Origin: a virus
Length of the DNA stretch: 64,000 nt
Reading direction: 5' to 3' (one strand)
IMG/VR virus record: IMGVR_UViG_3300044712_001933
Coordinates: 5,606 to 69,605 of that record
A program made the translations under genes and the position numbers. Of this stretch, positions 27,970-36,161 are shown piece after piece. The notes under the pieces were generated by a model. The model was given only the letters and a program-made list of their open reading frames with translations. It had not been told where the DNA came from and did not search any database. How positions within the stretch are numbered: position 1 is the stretch's first letter; each line of letters begins with the position of its first letter.

Positions 27970-28371
27970 TTAGTCCTCCAGGTCAGACGCAGACACGGGT
28001 GGCGCGGGCTTGGAGGGCTTTTTCGGCCGCTTGAACCCGAGCATGGCTTCCTCCGCGGCGTCGTCCTCCGACCCCTCGGCAGCCACGTCAGTGACAGAAA
28101 CGGGGGTCAGCTGGGGCACGCCGTCGAGGTCCCCCACGGTAAAAGTGACTTTGGCGGTGAACGTGGAGCCGGGAGTAAACTCAGTGCCCTCAAACATTCC
28201 GCCAGGAATTGTCAAGCCCGGACCTGCGGTGTCCGCTGGAGCTTGTTCTGGTGCCGGTTCCCTGGTGTCGCCCATAGGAGGAATGACCGGCTTGTCCTCG
28301 GCGTCAGTGCTGACAGGTTCCGCGCCGCCCATACCCTCTTTTTTCCCGAATCCCATATTGCCAAATCCCAT
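27970..28371 (-). CDS. Hypothetical acidic protein
   Basis: 133 aa; AAGGGG RBS. Confidence 0.6.
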   Translation of the reverse strand: MGFGNMGFGKKEGMGGAEPVSTDAEDKPVIPPMGDTREPAPEQAPADTAGPGLTIPGGMFEGTEFTPGSTFTAKVTFTVGDLDGVPQLTPVSVTDVAAEGSEDDAAEEAMLGFKRPKKPSKPAPPVSASDLED

Positions 28372-28416
28372 AAATGAAAACCCCTTTTTATTAAGGTACT
28401 CCCAGTGCCGACGTTG

Positions 28417-29988
28417 TCAACGATACCGACGCGGACGGTTGACTTTCACGGTCCTGGCCAGCGGACCCACGAGCCCCTTGGAGCCTTCCACTTTGGTCTT
28501 GGTGATCCTCAGGCAGTTTATTTTGGCGTACCTGGCGGCGTCGCTGACGTGGTCGACCTCACCACAGAGAGGGCCCTTGAGGGGCTCATCAGATCCGTAG
28601 CCAGGCTGTCCAGGTTCCGGGTAACGGTAGGCGCCGCAGAGAGCGGCATACAGGGTCGGACAAGCACTCTTGTCGATCCGATAGACCAAATTGCCGAAGC
28701 GGTCCTTCTCTTCGAACAACCGGTTCACGATCGTGAAGCTGTCCTGGAGCCCTGAGCGGCAATAGCCTGGGAAGATTTGGTAAGAGTGGAGCGTGTCGAT
28801 GCTGCGCCCCTTGTCCGTCCGGGCACTTCCAGCAATGTCGCAAAAGTCTTTTACGCCCCGGCAGATATTCCGATCGTTCCAGAAAGGGAAAACGGAATTG
28901 GTGATGTCGACCGCGCGCCGGCATTGGCGTTCCACGTCGGACTGAGAAGCCACGGATTCGTAGAGGTCCCACCAATATTCGTCGATGCCGTCCTCCCAAT
29001 ACGCCGCCCAGACGATGGCGTTGTGCGTGCCGAAGTCCCACCCGCGGATCAAATAGGCCCCCTCGGGCCAGTCCAGGTGGTCAAAAGAGTGTTCCTGGGA
29101 GAAGGAGAAAAAGACCGGGTTCCCCTCGAACACGTCGCTGTATTGGCCCAGTAACATTTTCTGGAACAGGGCCGGATTTTTCGCATACGCTCGCTCGAGG
29201 GTTTCGACGTAGCCGGTGGGGAGATTGTGACGATTCTCGTGGGTGGGAATATGCCAGTAGTGAGTGTCCGACCAGCCCTCTTTTTTCCACTCGTCTTCCA
29301 ACTTGGCGATCCAGTGCGACGGGCTCGGCGGGTTCGAGTCGATGATGATTCCAGAGTCGACGATGTAGCCCTTTTCGTCGCAGGTGAACGGGTCGGCGCC
29401 CTTCCACCGGAGGCACGCCAGGGCCATGTCATAGTCGGATTTCATCAGCTGGTCGGCCTCGACGAAGATCAGGCGAGAACATTCGAAACCACGAAACCGT
29501 GAAGCCTGGTAGTTTTCGCTGGGCACGCCGGCGAAACACAGCCAGGAGCAGTACTGATTCCCGACGGAGTCCAGCCATTGGATCGTCTGCGATTTGGAGG
29601 CGCCCGGATTCTTATGCTTGAAGTCGTTAAACAGCTCGATGGCTTTGCGGCTCGGTAGTCTGAAGGTCCGGCCGCCGTCCATCTTTTTAAACAGAGAGAC
29701 TCCGGTATCCTGATACCCGGTGCCGCATCGGGCAAAGACCAGCTCGAACGTCTCGAGCGTGGTGTCCTCGTTGGAGTCCTGGGTCTTGCGGAGAATGTAG
29801 GACTTCGCGCCGGCATTGTGGAAGCTGTGGTCGATCACGTCCACGGCGATCGCAGTTGTTTTTCCGGATCCACGCCCGCCGATCAAGAAGCGTTTCCTCG
29901 CCGGCGACTTGTGGAACTCTTCGATGGACCGGCCGGGCTTATACCACCCGACCTCCGTCGTGTCATTTCTTGGGATTATTGTGGACAT
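28417..29988 (-). CDS. terL: Terminase large subunit
   Basis: Walker A GGRGSGKT, DSNP coupling motif, RNase H GWDFG, C-terminal DH..DAARY. Confidence 0.95.
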   Translation of the reverse strand: MSTIIPRNDTTEVGWYKPGRSIEEFHKSPARKRFLIGGRGSGKTTAIAVDVIDHSFHNAGAKSYILRKTQDSNEDTTLETFELVFARCGTGYQDTGVSLFKKMDGGRTFRLPSRKAIELFNDFKHKNPGASKSQTIQWLDSVGNQYCSWLCFAGVPSENYQASRFRGFECSRLIFVEADQLMKSDYDMALACLRWKGADPFTCDEKGYIVDSGIIIDSNPPSPSHWIAKLEDEWKKEGWSDTHYWHIPTHENRHNLPTGYVETLERAYAKNPALFQKMLLGQYSDVFEGNPVFFSFSQEHSFDHLDWPEGAYLIRGWDFGTHNAIVWAAYWEDGIDEYWWDLYESVASQSDVERQCRRAVDITNSVFPFWNDRNICRGVKDFCDIAGSARTDKGRSIDTLHSYQIFPGYCRSGLQDSFTIVNRLFEEKDRFGNLVYRIDKSACPTLYAALCGAYRYPEPGQPGYGSDEPLKGPLCGEVDHVSDAARYAKINCLRITKTKVEGSKGLVGPLARTVKVNRPRRYR

Positions 29989-29995
29989 CTACGAA

Positions 29996-30652
29996 CTAAG
30001 GAGTCTGGATTGCCTTGTCAAACGGCCAGAGGAGCCGGAAAAGTCGCACCCATACACGGTTATACTTACGCCCCCACAGCGCGCACCATTCAGCTAGGCA
30101 CCGACGCTCGCCGCGGAACTCGAAGACGAGATTACGCATGCTCAAACGGTTTGGATGCTGCTTGATTGCCCGAACCGGGGTGGTGAGCATTCGTTCGGGC
30201 GACCAGCCGCGCTTGTACCGGAGTGACAACACCGCCGCAGGGATACCAGTGATACGAGACCACTCAGCCAACGACTTTTTCATGCCCGCATACTCGACAA
30301 AAACAGTCGTCGACCGGTTTAGGTTCTGGGTGCGTCTGTCCGCATAGCGGATGTTCTCGATAACGTAGTTGCCGTCGTTGTCTCGACGGTCGATAGAAAA
30401 ACCGTCCGGGACCTCCCCATAGGCATCCAGAAGAGCTTGGGCGAGTTCACAGGGATGGTCGAACTTAGGGTCGACGACGATTCCGCGGCCGCCGTACCGG
30501 TAATACAGCGGGTCTTTGGGATTGTAGCAACGGCTCCACGCTTTATACGCAGCTTGGTATAGTTTAGTACCGCACAGCCCGTGTTCGCGGCGTTCGATAG
30601 GCCAGCGCTGTTTAGAGCCCGCGCTGGAGGCTATTTCATTGGTATTTTCCAT
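29996..30652 (-). CDS. HNH homing endonuclease with two C-terminal DNA-binding repeats
   Basis: RCYNP..YYRYGGRGI, SIDRRDNDGNY..EN, two LAEW repeats; GGAGGTGAT RBS. Confidence 0.9.
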   Translation of the reverse strand: MENTNEIASSAGSKQRWPIERREHGLCGTKLYQAAYKAWSRCYNPKDPLYYRYGGRGIVVDPKFDHPCELAQALLDAYGEVPDGFSIDRRDNDGNYVIENIRYADRRTQNLNRSTTVFVEYAGMKKSLAEWSRITGIPAAVLSLRYKRGWSPERMLTTPVRAIKQHPNRLSMRNLVFEFRGERRCLAEWCALWGRKYNRVWVRLFRLLWPFDKAIQTP

Positions 30653-30691
30653 ACAATCACCTCCGTGGGATCTCCCACCCCCAGAAACGCC

Positions 30692-30793
30692 TTAGTGCGT
30701 CAGAAGAATCGCCAGGCAAGAAGCGGCCGCAGCGAGCGCCATGGAAACGACGACGAATTTTAAAACAGGAATTTCAATGAGTTTTCGTTGCAT
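30692..30793 (-). CDS. 33-aa membrane peptide
   Basis: MQRKLIEIPVLKFVVVSMALAAAASCLAILLTH, preceded by hairpin+GATTATG. Confidence 0.5.
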   Translation of the reverse strand: MQRKLIEIPVLKFVVVSMALAAAASCLAILLTH

Positions 30794-30889
30794 AATCTGC
30801 CTCGGCAAACCCCAGGAACCCCAGCCGAGGCAATGTTTCCCAGGCCCCTATACCCCTGCCCGGGAATAATAATCTTACAGAAGAAGCGC

Positions 30890-30963
30890 GGGCTACGTGT
30901 GGGTCTGGATACCCACATTTGTCCCCTGAGCGGGGCTGTCCTGCAACTTAGACGAACGCAGCC
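30890..30963 (-). pseudogene. Degenerate tRNA-Glu-like cloverleaf
   Basis: GGCTGCGT/ACGTAGCC acceptor, TC-GTCT..GGAC-A D arm as in tRNA-Glu, CCCC-GCTCA-GGGG, GTGGG/CCCAC with non-canonical T loop; no CCA. Confidence 0.5.
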
Positions 30964-30972
30964 TATGTCCTA

Positions 30973-31042
30973 AGGTGTCGTTAAGAGGCGGCCATCACAA
31001 CCACCCCCACCAAGGAGAGTTTTTCAGGCTCCCCCGACACCT
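30973..31042 (-). ncRNA. Three-way-junction small RNA candidate
   Basis: AGGTGTCG/CGACACCT closing two hairpins. Confidence 0.4.
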
Positions 31043-31051
31043 AAAAATACG

Positions 31052-31152
31052 AGCCGATTGGGGGACTCTCACCCGCTACTGTCTGGGTCGGCCGAGCAAA
31101 GCGGATATCATTTAACCCGGGTTCACGAACCCTTCAGCCCTACTGGATCGGC
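31052..31152 (-). ncRNA. T-loop-terminated structured RNA candidate
   Basis: GCCGAT/ATCGGC closing stem, GGG-TGAGAGT-CCC T-loop, internal GGCTGA/TCGGCC and GGGTTC/GAACCC stems. Confidence 0.45.
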
Positions 31153-31160
31153 ATAAAAAT

Positions 31161-31236
31161 TGGTTGCGGGAGAGGGATTCGCACCCCCGACCTCGTGGTT
31201 ATGAGCCACGCGCGCTGGCTTCTGCGCTATCCCGCA
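31161..31236 (-). tRNA. tRNA-Met(CAT), atypical, with initiator-like acceptor stem
   Basis: TGCGGGA/TCCCGCA-ACCA, GCGC D stem, CGTGG-CTCATAA-CCACG, GGGGG-TGCGAAT-CCCTC; encoded CCA. Confidence 0.85.
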
Positions 31237-31351
31237 CCTCAAAATCAAGCCGCCGAATCAGCCGGCACCTACTAACTGTCACGCATTCGGGCCCTTAAGC
31301 TATCAGCGGCTTCTAAGAAAGAGGAGAAAGTCCTCTTAAAAGCGTACTCCA

Positions 31352-31380
31352 ATTATTTCAGATCTATTCCACGGAGTCAA
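31352..31380 (-). promoter_or_regulatory. Promoter for the RNA array
   Basis: TTGACT-17-AATAAT with TG extension. Confidence 0.55.
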
Positions 31381-31409
31381 TACTAAAAATCAATTTCAGA
31401 GAAATTATT

Positions 31410-32492
31410 TTACGTGGTCACGGTCACAGACACGCCGCGCTCGATGAGAGTGGTGACGTCCGTGGCTCCCTGCCCGGTGGGCGCGGCATTAGTGCCGCCG
31501 TTCAAAGTGACAGTGCCGGTAACAAAAGCGGTGTTTGCCACGCAACGCGCCAGGATCGCGTTTACAGAAGCGGCAGTCAGCGCGCAGCCAGAAGCGTCGA
31601 TCGTGCAGCCGTTCGTCGGCAGATAGGCCGGCAGCGAGACAGTCGTCAGGGCGGTGTTGCCCGAGGCCACAAAGTTCCCGGTGACGGTAGCAAGAGCCGG
31701 CAGGCTCAGGGTGACCAAGGACGTGTTGCCGGTAAGAGTCAGGTTGCCAGTCACCGTCGCGAGCTTAGGCGCCGAGAACGCAGTGAGCGCAGTCGCACCC
31801 GTGAGCGAGAAATTGGCAGAGCAGGAAAGCAGGTTCGGCCAGGAGGCGGACGTCAATCCAGTGATGCCGGCCAGGCTGAAGCCCCCGACGGAGCCAGTCC
31901 CCAGAAAAGTCAGGGTGGTCACGCTCGACAAATTCGCCGCGGTAGCGAACCCCAACAGGTTCCCCAAAGCGATGTTGGCGGGAGTCCAGGTGACGCCCAG
32001 GTCTTGGACGTCCGACTTCACTCCGCTGACAGGGATCACGCGCGCGGTGAGGGAAACCTTGGCCGTCGAATTGCCCAGGGCGTCCAGGTCGTACCAGTAG
32101 TACAGATACCGGCCGGTGATCGTGCCGAGGTCAAATACGAGGCGTTTGGTCGTCACCGCATTAGGCAGCGTAACGACATAGGAGCTCGCCACGTCGGCCA
32201 GATAGGAAGGCGCGTTCGCGGTAGAAATGGTGCCGTCGGACCAATAGGCCAGCTTAATGGTCAGTTTCTTGCCATCACCAGGCGTATTGACGGTGGTCGT
32301 GGCAAGAATCTCGAGCAAGATCTTCGCGCCATACCCGTCCACGATAGTCGACAGGTCGAGCACGCCGGCCCCGCCGACGATGCGAGACGAAATCGAGCCC
32401 ACCGGCCCGGTGGCGCCGCTCGCGCCGATAGTAATTAAATTCGACGGCGTGGCAAACGCCGGTCCGTATAAGTTTGTCGAAAGTCCTTGCAT
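31410..32492 (-). CDS. Probable virion/surface protein with LRR-like beta-solenoid repeats
   Basis: Repeats like LTLTGNTSLVTLSLPALATVTGN; AAGGGG RBS before MQGL. Confidence 0.65.
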   Translation of the reverse strand: MQGLSTNLYGPAFATPSNLITIGASGATGPVGSISSRIVGGAGVLDLSTIVDGYGAKILLEILATTTVNTPGDGKKLTIKLAYWSDGTISTANAPSYLADVASSYVVTLPNAVTTKRLVFDLGTITGRYLYYWYDLDALGNSTAKVSLTARVIPVSGVKSDVQDLGVTWTPANIALGNLLGFATAANLSSVTTLTFLGTGSVGGFSLAGITGLTSASWPNLLSCSANFSLTGATALTAFSAPKLATVTGNLTLTGNTSLVTLSLPALATVTGNFVASGNTALTTVSLPAYLPTNGCTIDASGCALTAASVNAILARCVANTAFVTGTVTLNGGTNAAPTGQGATDVTTLIERGVSVTVTT

Positions 32493-32532
32493 ATTCCCCT
32501 TTCTACCACTGTACACGCACTAAAAACATAAG

Positions 32533-33096
32533 TCAAAACCGGATTGTAGGAATACTGGTAGAGATTACAGGGCTGGACGGGAGAACGCCCTTCTGAGGGT
32601 CGAACCAAACGACGGCGGGGCCCTGCGGGCCGGCCGCTACAAAGAGGCACACGGCGTGACCTCGGCCAGGCCCGGTAGCGAACCAGACTTCAGCAACGGG
32701 CAGGGCCGCACCGTCGATTCGCTTGGACGTGCGGTAGTGCAGGACGTGGGCAAAAGCCCGGGCCAAGCTCGCGGCCTTGTCGCAGTCGTTGGCGCCTTTC
32801 TCGTAGAAGTAGACCCCGAGCTTGCGCCGAAACTTCTCGAACTCGAACGGGAACGTGCGGGAGGCCCAGTAGACAGAAGGCAGCTCGTAGTCCTGGTCCC
32901 CGAAGTCGGTGCTGGAGACGTCCACGCCGGCGGTCCGCAGGACAGACGTCACTGCAGCCCGGTCATACCGCGCGCCGGACAGGTCGACCGGCAAAGCAGA
33001 GAAGGGCTGCGGCCGGAGAAGCCAGACCGCGATGAAAAGGATTGCGACGATGCCGGCGGCTATGCCGCCGATTTTTACTTTTTCTTGGTATTCCAT
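32533..33096 (-). CDS. Membrane-anchored papain/transglutaminase-like cysteine peptidase
   Basis: N-terminal TM, DCDK, GHA, FDPQ catalytic-triad pattern. Confidence 0.7.
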   Translation of the reverse strand: MEYQEKVKIGGIAAGIVAILFIAVWLLRPQPFSALPVDLSGARYDRAAVTSVLRTAGVDVSSTDFGDQDYELPSVYWASRTFPFEFEKFRRKLGVYFYEKGANDCDKAASLARAFAHVLHYRTSKRIDGAALPVAEVWFATGPGRGHAVCLFVAAGPQGPAVVWFDPQKGVLPSSPVISTSIPTIRF

Positions 33097-33102
33097 AAAA
33101 CT

Positions 33103-33273
33103 TTAGTCGTCCTTGCGGTAGCAGTAGAAATATCCGGCAAGGAGGAACCCGGTCACTGCGCCAATGTTGAACACGACGGTGGGAGTCTCTCCCAAGGCGT
33201 ACCCAACTATCCGGCCGAGCACGACCAGGAACGTGACGAAGAGGTAATGCTTAAAAGTTTCAAGGTATTTCAT
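33103..33273 (-). CDS. 56-aa two-TM protein (holin-like)
   Basis: MKYLETFKHYLFVTFLVVLG...; GATTATG start; charged C-terminus. Confidence 0.55.
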   Translation of the reverse strand: MKYLETFKHYLFVTFLVVLGRIVGYALGETPTVVFNIGAVTGFLLAGYFYCYRKDD

Positions 33274-33275
33274 AA

Positions 33276-33374
33276 TCACCACCTCATGCCACTGAGTATT
33301 TTGTAAATTACCCAGCCCAGGCCCACGAAGGCCACGAGAACTCCCACGATAAAGCCGATCAGAAAGGCCCCCAT
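33276..33374 (-). CDS. 32-aa single-TM peptide
   Basis: MGAFLIGFIVGVLVAFVGLGWVIYKILSGMRW with GAGGTGA RBS. Confidence 0.55.
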   Translation of the reverse strand: MGAFLIGFIVGVLVAFVGLGWVIYKILSGMRW

Positions 33375-33377
33375 ACA

Positions 33378-33758
33378 TCACCTCGCCAATGGTATAAACA
33401 CTTTGGAGGAGTCGGGGTTCACCTGGCTGGCCAGAGAGGGCGTATACCAGTGATTCGGGTCGGGGGGCTCGATCCGTTCCCAGAGAGCCGGGTATCGCGT
33501 GTGGAACTTCAAATGCTGGCGCGCCGGCTGGACGAGCTTGTATTTGTAGCCTTGGATGTCGACAGCGGTGATAGGCGCCGGGGCAGGCTTCGAAGAGCAT
33601 CCAAGCAAAAGTACGAGCATTACGAGTACTGGTACGAGTAACCGGATGAGCTTGCTGCGGATCCACCGGGCTCCGTCGACGACCAGAAGCGCGCCAGAGA
33701 TTCCGGCCAGCATCACGTAGTACAGGACGGCGACGAAGAAAGAGACAGCGTGTTTCAT
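33378..33758 (-). CDS. Membrane/lipoprotein-like protein
   Basis: Two hydrophobic segments, the second ending in lipobox LLGC. Confidence 0.55.
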   Translation of the reverse strand: MKHAVSFFVAVLYYVMLAGISGALLVVDGARWIRSKLIRLLVPVLVMLVLLLGCSSKPAPAPITAVDIQGYKYKLVQPARQHLKFHTRYPALWERIEPPDPNHWYTPSLASQVNPDSSKVFIPLAR

Positions 33759-33792
33759 AATCAGAAGAGGGGCTTATGAGCCCCTTGCGGCC

Positions 33793-34323
33793 CTAGTCGA
33801 TGTTCGACTGCCCGGGGATGGGATCGTCCAAGTAACCGAAGGACACCCCCCGCACCTTGGCCGACTTAAAGCGGGTAGCACCACGGAGCTGGGGATACAG
33901 CGCCACAGAGTCGACCCCGATTGCAGAAGCGAAGTCGGACACCGTGGTGAAGATTTCGCCCACTCGTATTGTGGAGGCGATCCTGCGGTCTCCCCTGGGT
34001 ATTTTGTAGTCGTCGTAGACATTGTCATCGATGGCGTGGACGATAACCGGCCGCCCCCGCATCCGCCGGCCGTCGGCGGACCTGTCGTTCGGATCCCAAA
34101 AGCGTTCGCTTGCCGGAGACCTGGGGATCGGGATACAGCAGTCCTCTACGAGGGACTTGTTTAGATTGAAGCAGTTGACGAGCCACTGCTTGAGGATGCT
34201 GGCGTCGGATTCAGAAAACCGAGACGGGATGGAAAGCGCGACGGCCTCACCGACCGGCGTGTTCGTGGTAGTTTCACCGGAAGTTTCCTCCCGGACCAGC
34301 TGAAGATTTAGTTTGTAAGGCAT
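33793..34323 (-). CDS. Hypothetical protein with C-terminal HTH-like (NUMOD1-like) segment
   Basis: GEIFTTVSDFASAIGV; has its own promoter and a GATTATG leader. Confidence 0.6.
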   Translation of the reverse strand: MPYKLNLQLVREETSGETTTNTPVGEAVALSIPSRFSESDASILKQWLVNCFNLNKSLVEDCCIPIPRSPASERFWDPNDRSADGRRMRGRPVIVHAIDDNVYDDYKIPRGDRRIASTIRVGEIFTTVSDFASAIGVDSVALYPQLRGATRFKSAKVRGVSFGYLDDPIPGQSNID

Positions 34324-34363
34324 AATCAGCCCCTGTGAGCTCTCTCACCCCCGTTATAGTTCA

Positions 34364-34391
34364 AGAGTAGCAGGGCCAATGGGAGAGTCAA
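34364..34391 (-). promoter_or_regulatory. Sigma70-like promoter
   Basis: TTGACT-16-TACTCT with TG extension. Confidence 0.55.
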
Positions 34392-34888
34392 GCAGTAAAT
34401 GCCACTTTTCAAAGAGGGCCCGGGGTTAAAAAAAAATCCCAACACAGAGTTCAGAGAAAATTTTTTATTCTACAATTAACCTATATGTTATACTTATATA
34501 TTGATAGATTATATATTATGGTAGAGAAGTTAAAGTCTTCCCATACGTTTTTTTTAGGGGGTAGGGGGGTCCCTGTTCCAAAAAATTTTTCCGCCCCGGC
34601 CGTTTTTGACCCTCGCGTGCGTCTGAGTCCCCAGCCGCGTGCTGGAGTCCCGATGGGACCCATAAAACCAAAATGAGATCGAGAGGCCTTAGAAGGGGTC
34701 GCGCTTGGCCAGGCGCCCGCGGAGAGCTCCGTTTCCGCCCCGACCCTTGTCTTGACCCTCGCCGGCGCCTGCGATCGCTCCTAGGGCTCCTATTGCCCCA
34801 GGCTGTTCACCAGACTACTGTAAGAGCTGCCAGTAACGTGATCGATAACGTACAGTAGTCTTAATCGCTGCAACCCGGATAGTAATAG

Positions 34889-34901
34889 CAACCCATTGAT
34901 A
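34889..34901 (-). promoter_or_regulatory. IHF consensus site
   Basis: TATCAATGGGTTG matches WATCAANNNNTTR exactly. Confidence 0.5.
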
Positions 34902-34986
34902 TCAGGGGCTTTACGACTGAAATGCTATTAAAGCTAAGGGAGATTGTGCGAAACACTCGTGATTTTGCGAGCGCTACGCACCTATG

Positions 34987-35634
34987 TCAACCTGTTTTGT
35001 TGGGCACCGTCTCCACCTCGATTGCCGGCCCTTCTTTGGCCTCATCAGTGCCCCTTTCTGACCGCGGCCGGCTGATCAGCCCAGGCAACACGATCGTAAT
35101 CGGGGGCGGGGTGGGGGAGGATGAGGCGGCAGGCCCGTCGTCCTTAGCGCCCATTCCGGCGGCTCTATCGCCCAAAGCGGCATAGGTTAAATCGCAAACC
35201 GTCCGGGCATAATTCGCCAGGTTGAGCCTATCGCCAATGCCCAGGTCGACCTCAGCGCGCACGACCATGCCTTTGTGACACCACTGTTTTTCCAGCTTCA
35301 GCTCCCCGCGGCGCAGCTTGTCTACTACTTCCACCAGGTCATCGCGAAGCTTGCAGGCGACGTCGAAATTCTTCTTGCGATTCTCTGCCATCAGCTCCAT
35401 GCGGGCTTTCAGCTTGGCCTCGTCCATTGAGGTCGTCTGGAGCGCAGCCCCGCCGGCATTGAGCTTGGCGGCGATCGAGGTCCACCTCTCCGAATCCATC
35501 CGGGACAGCAAGAGATTCTCTGGAATCGCGTGGATCATCGCCACCTCGCTGCTGGGAAGTCCTTGACAGTAGGAAGCGAACGCGGCGGCCCAATTGTAAC
35601 CGCCTGCAAGTTTCTTATCTCCAATCATATACAT
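34987..35634 (-). CDS. terS: Putative terminase small subunit
   Basis: N-terminal HTH-like pattern, helical core, C-terminal ITIVLP strand; first gene of the late strand. Confidence 0.55.
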   Translation of the reverse strand: MYMIGDKKLAGGYNWAAAFASYCQGLPSSEVAMIHAIPENLLLSRMDSERWTSIAAKLNAGGAALQTTSMDEAKLKARMELMAENRKKNFDVACKLRDDLVEVVDKLRRGELKLEKQWCHKGMVVRAEVDLGIGDRLNLANYARTVCDLTYAALGDRAAGMGAKDDGPAASSSPTPPPITIVLPGLISRPRSERGTDEAKEGPAIEVETVPNKTG

Positions 35635-35636
35635 TT

Positions 35637-35702
35637 AAGGTAGTTTAGCTGCGAAAAAATGTCAAAATCACGACTTGACTTTGATTTTTAATCTGCTACG
35701 CT
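35637..35702. promoter_or_regulatory. Back-to-back divergent promoters
   Basis: Minus strand TTGACA-17-TACCTT (35637-35665); plus strand TTGACT-16-TACGCT (35675-35702). Confidence 0.6.
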
Positions 35703-35735
35703 GGAGAGTGTAGTATCAAAGTGTCGGGCTAGATT

Positions 35736-36137
35736 ATGGATAGCCCAACAACGAAAGTTTTACGAAGTCCCGACACTATCTCAGACGACGCCATCACCGA
35801 CGGAGTCCCTCTTGTTTTACCAGGCGACGGAGTCCCTCTTGTTTTACCCGGCGACGGAGTCCCTCAAGCTCCGCACGTTTACGCCGAAACCACCACGAAA
35901 GCGTGGGACTCGGCCGGGGTTCCTTTAGTGACGCCTCCAGAGTGCGAAGTGGTGCACGGCTACTGTGAGATGTGCGGCACGCCTTTGGGCTCAGAGGCCC
36001 ATAAGTATCTCTGTGAGACCCGCGAAGCCCACATTTACAAGGGCGTCATTTACCCCTCCGTGGAGGCCGTGAAAGCCGCCATGGCCCAAGAATGGACGCC
36101 CACGTATGTCGCCGGAGTTCCTCTGATACCTCAATAA
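35736..36137 (+). CDS. Hypothetical protein with GVPL repeats and Cys/His cluster
   Basis: 27-bp tandem repeat (DGVPLVLPG); CEMC..H..C. Confidence 0.6.
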   Translation: MDSPTTKVLRSPDTISDDAITDGVPLVLPGDGVPLVLPGDGVPQAPHVYAETTTKAWDSAGVPLVTPPECEVVHGYCEMCGTPLGSEAHKYLCETREAHIYKGVIYPSVEAVKAAMAQEWTPTYVAGVPLIPQ

Positions 36138-36161
36138 CCTATACTAATATAATACAATCTT

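Noticed and set aside
29996-30652. HNH as part of an intron interrupting terL
   Set aside because: terL starts after the HNH gene and has Walker A near its N-terminus, so it appears intact.
33274-33666. 187-aa ORF 33103-33666 as listed
   Set aside because: The upstream part is better explained by two other-frame membrane ORFs; the true start is likely 33273.
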